Shown: piece by piece, positions 41,424 to 50,021 of the stretch
How the letters are laid out: each line of letters begins with the position of its first letter
Position numbering within the stretch: position 1 is the stretch's first letter
IMG/VR virus record: IMGVR_UViG_3300031853_000006
Coordinates: 32,001 to 96,000 of that record
Direction: 5' to 3' (one strand)
Source: a virus
Taxonomy: Duplodnaviria > Caudoviricetes
DNA length: 64,000 nucleotides
Program-made: the position numbers and the translations under genes
Notes under the pieces: model-generated
The model's database searches: none
Told to the model about the DNA's origin: nothing
What the model saw: the letters and a program-made list of their open reading frames with translations, nothing else

Positions 41424-41488
41424 TGAACCTTCTATACTATTCGATGAAATAACTAATTATATTCCTATTTTCAAAGGAGAGTTAGAAC

Positions 41489-41881
41489 ATGAAAAAGAAA
41501 GTTGTAATCACGTCATCTAAACATCAGAAGAATCTTGAGAACTACCGCAAAAAGTATGTTCGTGCCGCTGAGGGCGACCTGGATGATTTTGACATGGATG
41601 ATGCAGACGTAGATGGTGTTCTAGATGCAATAGATGATGTTGCAGATAACGTAGACGATCTCCAGGATGCTATCGACAGCATTGACGAAGATGATCTAGA
41701 CATTGCGATGAATAACAATATTGCAAATCACTACATCGCAGAATGTGGCAAATGCTACGGAGTGTTTATCTCTGCAGTAGTTGAGTCTGATCAGAAGATC
41801 GAATACGTTTCAGGACAGTGCCCTATCTGCCATAAAGATACTGAACAGTATCTGAAATGGGTCATAAAGGAGGTGGACTAA
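41489..41881 (+). CDS. Acidic Zn-ribbon protein with basic leader (VITSS, VRAA)
   Basis: CxxC pairs; AACCTT motif at 41426. Confidence 0.6.
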   Translation: MKKKVVITSSKHQKNLENYRKKYVRAAEGDLDDFDMDDADVDGVLDAIDDVADNVDDLQDAIDSIDEDDLDIAMNNNIANHYIAECGKCYGVFISAVVESDQKIEYVSGQCPICHKDTEQYLKWVIKEVD

Positions 41882-42277
41882 ATGAAACGAGTTATCAGAG
41901 CTTCTGAATCAACTGCAGATACTAACCCATCTGAATGGGAAGATGTTAAGTGGAAAATAGATTATAAAGGCATTGGCAATCGGTATATGTTTAAGGGCAA
42001 GGCCAATAACGATCGTGGTATCTTTATTGGAGATGTAGTTAAGCTAGCAGCTTATGACGACGCCGATTACTACTGGGCTCGAGTTAGAGGTAGCGGATTA
42101 GTAGAATTCATTCACAATGGTCGTGTTCAGGATAAGATGCAACTTCCTAATTATCTTGATTTTGCAGAGGATTATGAGACTGTTGCTGAGTATTTCGAAG
42201 TAGAGGTAATGGATCCAATCCTGGATGTGCTTGTTGATTACAATAAGAGCATCAAGCCTCGCATGATGTATGACTGA
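41882..42277 (+). CDS. Putative internal virion protein (MKRVIRAS leader)
   Basis: Leader identical to ORF 9218. Confidence 0.55.
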   Translation: MKRVIRASESTADTNPSEWEDVKWKIDYKGIGNRYMFKGKANNDRGIFIGDVVKLAAYDDADYYWARVRGSGLVEFIHNGRVQDKMQLPNYLDFAEDYETVAEYFEVEVMDPILDVLVDYNKSIKPRMMYD

Positions 42278-42294
42278 GAAAGGAGAAGTCAGCA

Positions 42295-44331
42295 ATGAAG
42301 ATTACGCGAAGAAAGATCACCGCTGCTACTAGAGTAGCCGAAGTTCCTGCGCCTTTCAACAAGTATTATAGGCTGATGTCAGATGCTGAATTTGAAGATG
42401 AATTTGATGTACCCGCTCACCCGTCACCCTGCGAAGAGCAAAAAGGTTATGATGTTGAATTCATTTCATACATTACAGCGAAGCCTAATGTAGCTGGAGT
42501 TTTAGAAGACGAAGGCCTAGACGTGCTGGAATTGATAAAAGAAGGCGGGAGAATTTTTCCAGCATACACAGTACATGATCGTATCATTCCGCTTTCAGAG
42601 TCAGAACTTCCTGAATTGTACGATTGGGATGACGACGAATATGTAGAATCTACTACAGAAGTTGAAAGCGCTGTAGATACTGGATTAACTTACTGGTATT
42701 ACAGCCGTCATGGTATGGGTCCGGGAACAATACCAACTAATGTAACGGTCTTGGATACAGTAGAAGAAGGATGGAAGACCTGGATGCTACTCGATAAGAT
42801 GCTCACAACAGAAGAGCTTGATTTCTACGATCTCAAAGAGGAACAGCCGCCGGAAGGATCTGTAACTCATAACGGTGACACAATCGAGGGATATGACGAA
42901 GTAACTGCTTCGAGTTGCGAGAAGGTTAGCGAAACAGACGATACAATAAGCTATGTTGTTACATCTTCTCAAGCAGAAGGAGATGTAGAAGCAACAAGCC
43001 TTGTTAACTACAAGGGGTACAAGATACTCCCGGATCGACATGCGTTCTGCTGGAATGTCCTTGACAAAGATGCTTCGCTCATAGAAACAGGTTTCCAGAA
43101 CGAGCGTGCAGCAAAAGAATACATTGACGTCAATCTGTCAACTGAAGCAGATGGTGAAAGCATTACAGCTGCAATAGACGTTGACAGTATCGACTTAGAT
43201 GCACTCAAGCGTGAGATTGAAGAAGCAATCGTAGAATACTTTAAGAGTCCGGAAGCCGGATGGTCAGAAGATGAAGCTGAACAGGCTGCAAGAGACTACT
43301 CCGTTGTAGAGGTAGAAAAATACGACGACAATTCCATCAAAGTAGAAGTAAGAACCGATCTTTCATTTGACAGCATGATGAATCTTTCGCAGTTGCTTGA
43401 TCCGATTGTTGAACAGTACGACGAAGATGCATATTTCGATATGGAAGATGCAGGCATCATGAATGCCTTCTTAACTAACGAGGTTGATACCTCTACCGAA
43501 ATAGAAGCTGCCCATAGCGATTTTCAGAGTGATCGGTCAGCAGCACTTGATAGACATAACGAGCGCATGATAGGTCAATACGACAGATACCATGGCGAGC
43601 CTGGCGAGGGCAAAGAAATACCTGAACCGGATCCAATCTATTCTGAGTTCGACTTCAACTATTTAGTATCTGTAGACTCTGAGGGTAACGTGATACACTT
43701 AGACGATGACGCCCTCATGCATGCATCACTGCTCGATGAGGAAGGTGTTTCAGAAGAATCAATGCTCGAAAGTTTCGATGAATTGATGCTATGGTACATT
43801 CCGGATAGGCCAGGTAACTATCGAGTAAAGGGTCACATCAAGATGGTGTATGCTCCTGAATGGAACAGCTTCGATGTTGATTATGACTACGATCTCGATC
43901 CAGAAGCAACTGCTGTAACAGATGTTCAAGTAACTAACGCCGGAAACCGAGTAGAGTCTTCAATTGCATCAGAAGGTACTGCAGTAGAAGCTGCAATGAC
44001 GGAGGACGAACTCGACAATGCGATCTTAGAAGGCAAACCATTCAGTCTTCAAGACTTCAAGAAATACAAGTCTTTCGACACTGATGAATACGTAATGCCA
44101 GAAGACCTGAAAGTCGGAGACATTATCGTCAACGACGCAACAGCAGATCAGATGGAGTGGGGCACACGTTACGAAGTAATCAGCATCAACGATCCGGCAG
44201 ACACAATGTTCGATTACACGGTACGCGTTAGGCTCCTGACGGATCCGAGAGTCAAGGGCAAGAAAGAAGGCGATATCATGACGCTTTACTTCTACCAAGA
44301 CGATCCTGTAGGCAGTTACTACGAAGGTTGA
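42295..44331 (+). CDS. Acidic multidomain protein (candidate polyprotein, includes a DarA_C-like segment)
   Basis: Repeated [VI]x[AS][AST] linkers; YWYYSRHG..PGTIP...LTTEEL..YDL segment. Confidence 0.6.
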   Translation: MKITRRKITAATRVAEVPAPFNKYYRLMSDAEFEDEFDVPAHPSPCEEQKGYDVEFISYITAKPNVAGVLEDEGLDVLELIKEGGRIFPAYTVHDRIIPLSESELPELYDWDDDEYVESTTEVESAVDTGLTYWYYSRHGMGPGTIPTNVTVLDTVEEGWKTWMLLDKMLTTEELDFYDLKEEQPPEGSVTHNGDTIEGYDEVTASSCEKVSETDDTISYVVTSSQAEGDVEATSLVNYKGYKILPDRHAFCWNVLDKDASLIETGFQNERAAKEYIDVNLSTEADGESITAAIDVDSIDLDALKREIEEAIVEYFKSPEAGWSEDEAEQAARDYSVVEVEKYDDNSIKVEVRTDLSFDSMMNLSQLLDPIVEQYDEDAYFDMEDAGIMNAFLTNEVDTSTEIEAAHSDFQSDRSAALDRHNERMIGQYDRYHGEPGEGKEIPEPDPIYSEFDFNYLVSVDSEGNVIHLDDDALMHASLLDEEGVSEESMLESFDELMLWYIPDRPGNYRVKGHIKMVYAPEWNSFDVDYDYDLDPEATAVTDVQVTNAGNRVESSIASEGTAVEAAMTEDELDNAILEGKPFSLQDFKKYKSFDTDEYVMPEDLKVGDIIVNDATADQMEWGTRYEVISINDPADTMFDYTVRVRLLTDPRVKGKKEGDIMTLYFYQDDPVGSYYEG

Positions 44332-44508
44332 GATTACAGAATCTCACGGTTTCGCACATAGAAAAACACAACGCTTACTACTTATATCAGAGTCTCCAAT
44401 ATATTTCCACGGTACTTCGAGGGGCTGTCCTCACACACAGCCCCTCAAGTGCTGTATTGAAGAACAATCAAAACTCTTATAAGTAACTGAAAGTCGGGTG
44501 ACGGGCTG

Positions 44509-45495
44509 TTACTCGACTTCATTGGTGTATTCGTATTCATCTAAATAATCCGTCGTGATATAATCATACCTCTTTTTCATCTCAATCACGTTGTCTCTTG
44601 AATTGACTTTCCGCAACCCCTCTTCCAATCTCCAATATACGTCATACATGCCCTCTTTCACAAGTTTCACAGACAGCGACTTAAGAAGTTCTGGACTAGC
44701 TAATGACCTCGGGACTACACATTTGAAAGAATCAATTCCAATTGTATTCAAAGCCTCGCCCATCAACTTAGAATAATAATTTGGATTCATATAGTTGCCT
44801 CTCGTGCCGAAGTCCGCAAGATAAATAACACCTTGCTTCCGTTCAAACCGCAAAACTTGATATAATATCCCATCATCGACTAATCCAACAGAAGTATGAA
44901 TCTTCCCGAATTTAGGACAAACACGTTGCCCATATCGCTTCAAAAACTCAACACTCGCCCTTTCTTTCAATACGTAGACCTGCATGTGTTCTTCTTCAAT
45001 TCTAAATAAAGGGCCATCTGGGTTCGGCAAAGTCTTGAGAGGGAATTCAGTCAGTATCGTCTGTGTGAACTTATCCTTAATTGTAGTTGATAAACTTTCA
45101 GATTTCTTGAGTTTCTTTATATTGTCTACTCCATACTTACGCTGTAAGGTTTCAACTCCTTTCCGATAGATTTCAGGAGATTGCATCGCGTAGTCAACTC
45201 CGAATTTCTTTTGCATTGTCGCTTTTGCTTTCTCTCTTGCTTCTGGATTATTACCAGGGGCCTTCATTCCATATTTCTTCATACTAGTTTCCTGCGTACG
45301 CTTAACTCTGCAAGCATACGAACACGCAACCGGAGGCCGCTTCAAGTTATCATCATTAGTAACTAAGTATCTCTTACCACAAACAGGACAGTTCATATAG
45401 TGAGGTTCCTTACAGTATTTTTGAGAAGCTGTTTTAGGTATGAAAGGCTTTCCGCAGAATTCACAAATCTTCTCCTTTTTGAAATCATCTTCCAT
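44509..45495 (-). CDS. Degenerate homing-endonuclease-family protein 3 (Zn ribbons and KYG repeats, no clear nuclease motif)
   Basis: CEFCGK.F.P....QKYC...H...CPVCG as in paralogues; own TTGACT-17-TATAAT promoter at 45558-45586 (-). Confidence 0.65.
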   Translation of the reverse strand: MEDDFKKEKICEFCGKPFIPKTASQKYCKEPHYMNCPVCGKRYLVTNDDNLKRPPVACSYACRVKRTQETSMKKYGMKAPGNNPEAREKAKATMQKKFGVDYAMQSPEIYRKGVETLQRKYGVDNIKKLKKSESLSTTIKDKFTQTILTEFPLKTLPNPDGPLFRIEEEHMQVYVLKERASVEFLKRYGQRVCPKFGKIHTSVGLVDDGILYQVLRFERKQGVIYLADFGTRGNYMNPNYYSKLMGEALNTIGIDSFKCVVPRSLASPELLKSLSVKLVKEGMYDVYWRLEEGLRKVNSRDNVIEMKKRYDYITTDYLDEYEYTNEVE

Positions 45496-45647
45496 GTGGT
45501 CACACTTCCTTTCCGGTTTTAGAGCCATGTGGTGCTGTCATGTGATTAGTTGTTTTCATTATAATATAGTTTAGTCGAAAAGTCAATATGTAATCTTAAA
45601 TATTTTCGTAACATCAACATAAATCAAACACCGAAAGGAGAAATCAT

Positions 45648-47022
45648 ATGTTTACACCTTTACACATGGGTGAGGGTGCCCCGCATATTCAGTGATGAGT
45701 GTGTGCTACTCGGGTTAACTGCTTTGAATTCCTAAGAGCCTCAGTCGCTACAACGTAGATTGAAAAGTCAAGCGTGAATGCCGCGAAAGCAGAAAGAAGA
45801 ATTGAGGATGGCCTAAGGTGAAACAAAAGCCTTGCAGAATTTAAGCATAGTTCTACAAGGTCCTAAGGGTCAATCAACAATGGATGTTTAGCAGCGAAAG
45901 TCCTAAGTTCGTATCACGAATAAGGAACACGTTCAACGATCAGCCCCTTGAGGGGGATGTAGAACCGCAAGCCAATGGCGGAAGAAAAATCCGAGCTCCT
46001 TAGGTATTAAGGATGACGAAATGATCTGAGCTTCACTGAAAGGTGAAGTTGCTCTAAGAGCAGAATACTTCTTGCGAAAGTATTTGAACAATTAACAAAG
46101 TGTACCAATCATATGCTCGGCGTGGATTAACATACCGGTCCCTTCACATAGTAATATGTGTCGACTAACTACATAGAATTGCTGGAACAACCGTAAAGCC
46201 TACTCAGCCACAACGCAGAGATGAAATATGCTCAGACGTGATGGCGGCGAAAGCAGAAAAAATCGAGTAGGATAGGCCAAGGTGAAATACAAGCCAGAAA
46301 AAGTAATCCTGGTCCTAAAGTCCATCTAACAATCGGAAATCAGCAGCCAAGCTCCGAACAGGAGAAGGTTCAACGAGTAAGCAGCCTCGAAATCGCGAGG
46401 ACAGTAATGTAGGTCCTAAGCCTCCGGCAGGACATTATGTACTCTGGTCTATCAAGAAATTGATAGCGGCTCTTGAAAAGGGCGGTGGGAACCTTGCGAA
46501 GTCCCATGAACAATAACGGCATATGTACCTTTAACAACTAACAACTTTGAGATCCGTATCTACGGACTTGACGGAGGCGCTCCAACAGAAAACGCAGACC
46601 TCTTAACACTCTCTACATCAGAAATCGGAGAGATTCAGGAGGAACAAGACGTAATCACCGTACACTACGGAAACGGCATTGTTAAGTTCCCGAGCAAAGT
46701 AACATTTGCAGATGTTGACTGGACACTTAACTGCTATTGCGAGCCGAATGTGCTCGGAGCTCTGAGAGATTGGAGAAAGCAGGTGTATGATCCTGATACG
46801 GAACGTATGGGATTGCCTACATCGTACATGCGTACTGTATACTTCATCCGTTATGATGCTTCTGGCCGTCAGGCAAGGGACATCATCAAGTGCCCGGGTA
46901 CCTGGATCAGGGGATTAAAGAACGGAAACATGAACCAGGAAGGTGGCTCGATTGTTCAGGCCTCCGTAACGCTGGTCATCTCAAAAGCAACTTACATGAC
47001 AGGATCACAGATTCCGTCATAA
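45648..47022 (+). CDS. Tail tube protein (T4 gp19-like), spliced: exons 45648-45671, ~46101-46127, 46519-47022 (~184 aa)
   Basis: AAAGGAG RBS plus MFTPLHMG; exon 3 has YVPLTTNNFEIRI...VHYGNGIVKFPSK...DW..QVYDP.T..MG. Confidence 0.8.
45672..46100 (+). ncRNA. Group I intron 1 (ORF-less) in the tail tube gene
   Basis: P1 GGGU/GCCC with U-G pair; P AACTGCT, Q TTAGCAGC, R GTTCAACGATCA, S ATGATCT (P7 GATCA/TGATC); 3' end uncertain by 2-3 nt. Confidence 0.85.
46128..46518 (+). ncRNA. Group I intron 2 (ORF-less) in the tail tube gene
   Basis: P1 GGAU/GUCC; P AATTGCTGGAA, Q AATCAGCAGCC, R GTTCAACGAGTA, S ATGTACTCT (P7 GAGTA/TACTC); starts TAA, ends in G and restores the frame. Confidence 0.9.
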
Positions 47023-47042
47023 TAAGCTCTTCCTACCACAGC

Positions 47043-47076
47043 AAAGGCCTGACTCGAAACAGAGCCAGGCCTTTTC
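47043..47076. terminator. Bidirectional terminator
   Basis: AAAGGCCTG...CAGGCCTTT between convergent genes. Confidence 0.75.
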
Positions 47077-47078
47077 TA

Positions 47079-48740
47079 TTATCTTTTCCATTCAAAAACC
47101 ATCTGGCCGCAGTCATAAACGGATCGCCAACCGGATCTAATCATCAGTGCTTCATTAGAAGTACCTTTTCCGTAGTTTGTATGAAAAAGTTGATCAAAAC
47201 CTCGTTGACGCAATAAATTATCAGTTACGTATTCAACACCTCTTGACCAGACCTTTGCGGGACTTGATGTATGATGTAAGGACATACCAATCTTTTCATA
47301 TACTTCTCCATTGAATTTTGCTCTATCGCAATAACTGATGATAGATTCAGGATTTACTTCTTTCAAGAACTTTTGGAACATTTTAGAAGCTCCCCCTACG
47401 ACTTGATGCTTAGAGTCTGTACACAGTCGTAAAAGTTCCCATTCATAATTTTTATTATATCGAGGTTTGCCAAAAGTCATTACGCTCAGTAACTCACCTT
47501 GATAGAATAGTGCGTAGGCGTACTTAGCACCTCTCGCATCTCCTTGAATATGGTTACGTTGAATGAATTCAGTAACATCTTTAGGATCCACAGATTTAAC
47601 TTCACATCTCCTAGCATATATTTTTTCTTTTGGCAACACTAAGTTAAGAACTTTTTCTCTTTCATCCCAATCAAATACATGAATACATCTATAGCCATTG
47701 TCCTGTGCTAACCTTGATCTCTCAATGTGATACCTAGGATCTTTTCCTACAGACTCCCAGTGGTTAGGCAGGTCTGAATGAGTATAGGACGGATCAATCT
47801 CAACTACTATATTAGTTCCAAGCACTCGCATATCAAACCATTTACCATCAATATATTCTTCTTCCTTCACTTTAACTCCATTACTTTCCAAGAATTCCAT
47901 GAATTCTTGATTGACCTTTGATGACCTACCTGTTCTGTTTTCTAGCATAGCTTGTCGTGCCTTTTCTTGACTTTCAGGAAGTTGCAAAGTGCATTTTACT
48001 CCATATCTTTCTTCGCAAGTCTGCATTGCTTTCTCTCGTGATTCGGGTATCATTCCAGAATAAGGGACGCCATGGTTAGCCATAAGTGTTTCCATCATAG
48101 CAATCTGAACGATTTCGCTCTGTGCCGGATAATTCGTTCCATATTTTTCACGACACGTATCAATGTGCTTTTGTCGTACTTCTTTGCTCTTTTGTACTTC
48201 ACTCATCTTCTTGCGTAGTTCAGGAGATTCATCCGGATTAGTAACTCCGTACCGTTCCATCATAGTTGCTTCTATTTTCTGCCGGAGCACTGGAGAAGCA
48301 GTACCGATACCTCCGTACTTGGATTCTAGAGTTGCTCTTGCCTTCTTATTGGTCTCAGGAATCTTGGCCTTGATCTTCTCAACAGCCTTGTCGTGAAACT
48401 CCTTGACTTGACTCGGATTGCGTACTCCGTATTTCGCTTCTAATGTATCCTGTGCTTTCTGTATTTTTAATTTAGATTCGCACTCTTTGGAACATGTGTA
48501 ACGGACAGCACCGTATTTCTCACTCGGCACTTTCATAGCTATGGGTCTTCCGCAGACTAAGCAATCCAGATAATGAGTGCGTTTGCAATAGCGCTGTCTG
48601 CTCCCGTTACGTCCTTCTCCTACAAACAACTTCTTACAAAGCGGACACTCTTTGACTTTCGGAGTATCTTTAGTAACTCCAGAATAGTTATAATCATCAG
48701 CAGAATATACTTTTTGCATAATTTCTTCGTGAGATAGCAT
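47079..48740 (-). CDS. Free-standing homing-endonuclease-like protein 4 (nuclease plus GNAT/Mom-like)
   Basis: FDMRV...VEIDPSYTH; NHIQG...WELLRLC...GGASK...YDCG. Confidence 0.75.
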   Translation of the reverse strand: MLSHEEIMQKVYSADDYNYSGVTKDTPKVKECPLCKKLFVGEGRNGSRQRYCKRTHYLDCLVCGRPIAMKVPSEKYGAVRYTCSKECESKLKIQKAQDTLEAKYGVRNPSQVKEFHDKAVEKIKAKIPETNKKARATLESKYGGIGTASPVLRQKIEATMMERYGVTNPDESPELRKKMSEVQKSKEVRQKHIDTCREKYGTNYPAQSEIVQIAMMETLMANHGVPYSGMIPESREKAMQTCEERYGVKCTLQLPESQEKARQAMLENRTGRSSKVNQEFMEFLESNGVKVKEEEYIDGKWFDMRVLGTNIVVEIDPSYTHSDLPNHWESVGKDPRYHIERSRLAQDNGYRCIHVFDWDEREKVLNLVLPKEKIYARRCEVKSVDPKDVTEFIQRNHIQGDARGAKYAYALFYQGELLSVMTFGKPRYNKNYEWELLRLCTDSKHQVVGGASKMFQKFLKEVNPESIISYCDRAKFNGEVYEKIGMSLHHTSSPAKVWSRGVEYVTDNLLRQRGFDQLFHTNYGKGTSNEALMIRSGWRSVYDCGQMVFEWKR

Positions 48741-48872
48741 GCTTTGCACCAATCCTTTCTGATAATTATATAACGATTTTAGTATGGTTGACCTAATTAC
48801 GCGGTACACCTTACATCTATACGAACCTTCAATAAGTATACAAAATACCTAACTAAAGGAGGATCAGTACGC

Positions 48873-49661
48873 ATGTTTGATTTCTTGAAGAAAAATGCAG
48901 CTATTGACCCGACTCAGTTTACCGGAGGAGTCATCAAGAAAAAAGAGGTCAATCCGACTAACTGGAACTATTCGGATCATAAGTCATGCAAAGCTGTAGC
49001 AGAGAAATCTCTGCCTGAAAGATTCAGTATCAAGGACAAGTTCGGAAAAGTATACTGCCAGCGATATGGTAACTGCACATCTAACGCTGTTTTAGCATGT
49101 GATGCTTACTATTATCATGACCCAAACGGCACTTGGGAACCGTCAACTGTTTTTACCTATTATAATCAGCGAAAAGCTGACGGAGCATTGAAGGATCCGG
49201 ATGATGGTAGTAATGTAGAATGTGCTCTTGAAGTTACTCGTAAGCTTGGAGCTTGTAACGCAAAAGTATGGCCAAATACAAAACCATACACCAAGAAGCC
49301 GAGTAAGGCTGCTTATGCTAACGGACTTAAAGGCAAAGAGCTTACCAAGTATTATAGAGTTAAATCACTCCTTCAGATTAAGAAGGCACTGGTTGCTGGG
49401 TATCCGGTAGCTATCGCAATGGCGTGGGCATTTGATTACATCGATGAAAATCATGTGCTCAACGATCCGACAGATGAAGCAATCGAGGATTGCGTATCAG
49501 GACACGCAGTAGTAATTGTCGGATATGATGACGAGAAGAAACTCTTCGAGATCAGGAACAGCTGGGGAGAAGGATGGGGCGACCACGGATACGGATTCGT
49601 CACCTATAAAACAATGAAAAAAGCTATCTGGTTCGACGATAGCTACGCTGTAGTCAAGTAG
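48873..49661 (+). CDS. Papain-like (C1) cysteine peptidase
   Basis: Q..GNCTSNA, GHAVVIVGYD, IRNSWG..WG..GY. Confidence 0.9.
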   Translation: MFDFLKKNAAIDPTQFTGGVIKKKEVNPTNWNYSDHKSCKAVAEKSLPERFSIKDKFGKVYCQRYGNCTSNAVLACDAYYYHDPNGTWEPSTVFTYYNQRKADGALKDPDDGSNVECALEVTRKLGACNAKVWPNTKPYTKKPSKAAYANGLKGKELTKYYRVKSLLQIKKALVAGYPVAIAMAWAFDYIDENHVLNDPTDEAIEDCVSGHAVVIVGYDDEKKLFEIRNSWGEGWGDHGYGFVTYKTMKKAIWFDDSYAVVK

Positions 49662-49912
49662 TAACTTCATATTATAATAAGTAAGCAGACTAAAATATTA
49701 TATCACATGTTGAAGAACCGCAGCTAATTGCAGCGAGATTCAACACGGATCGGGGATCAGTACACGTGGCTGATTCCCGATTTTTGTTGTAATTTTGTGA
49801 GATTTTTAGTAATTTTTAGAAAATCTTAAAAATATTTTTGTTCAGCGTCTTCCATGATCAGGCTATTCTATTAGAAAATTCGAAAGTTTACTAAAAATAT
49901 TATAAAAAAGTC

Positions 49913-49941
49913 TTGACAAATTCTAAGAAATATCATATAAT
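49913..49941 (+). promoter_or_regulatory. Conserved early sigma-A promoter
   Basis: TTGACA-17-TATAAT. Confidence 0.85.
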
Positions 49942-50021
49942 ATACTTGTAAGATAATCAAGTAGTAAATTCAAGTACTACAACAGACCCTATTCTATCAT
50001 ATACCAAAGGAGGTATTCGTT

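Noticed and set aside
45672-46518. Group II intron or IStron
   Set aside because: No GUGYG 5' end, domain V, RT or transposase; P, Q, R, S and P1 elements indicate group I
46750-47022. 90-aa stand-alone gene from the ORF track
   Set aside because: It is the distal part of tube exon 3; the frame is open from 46519
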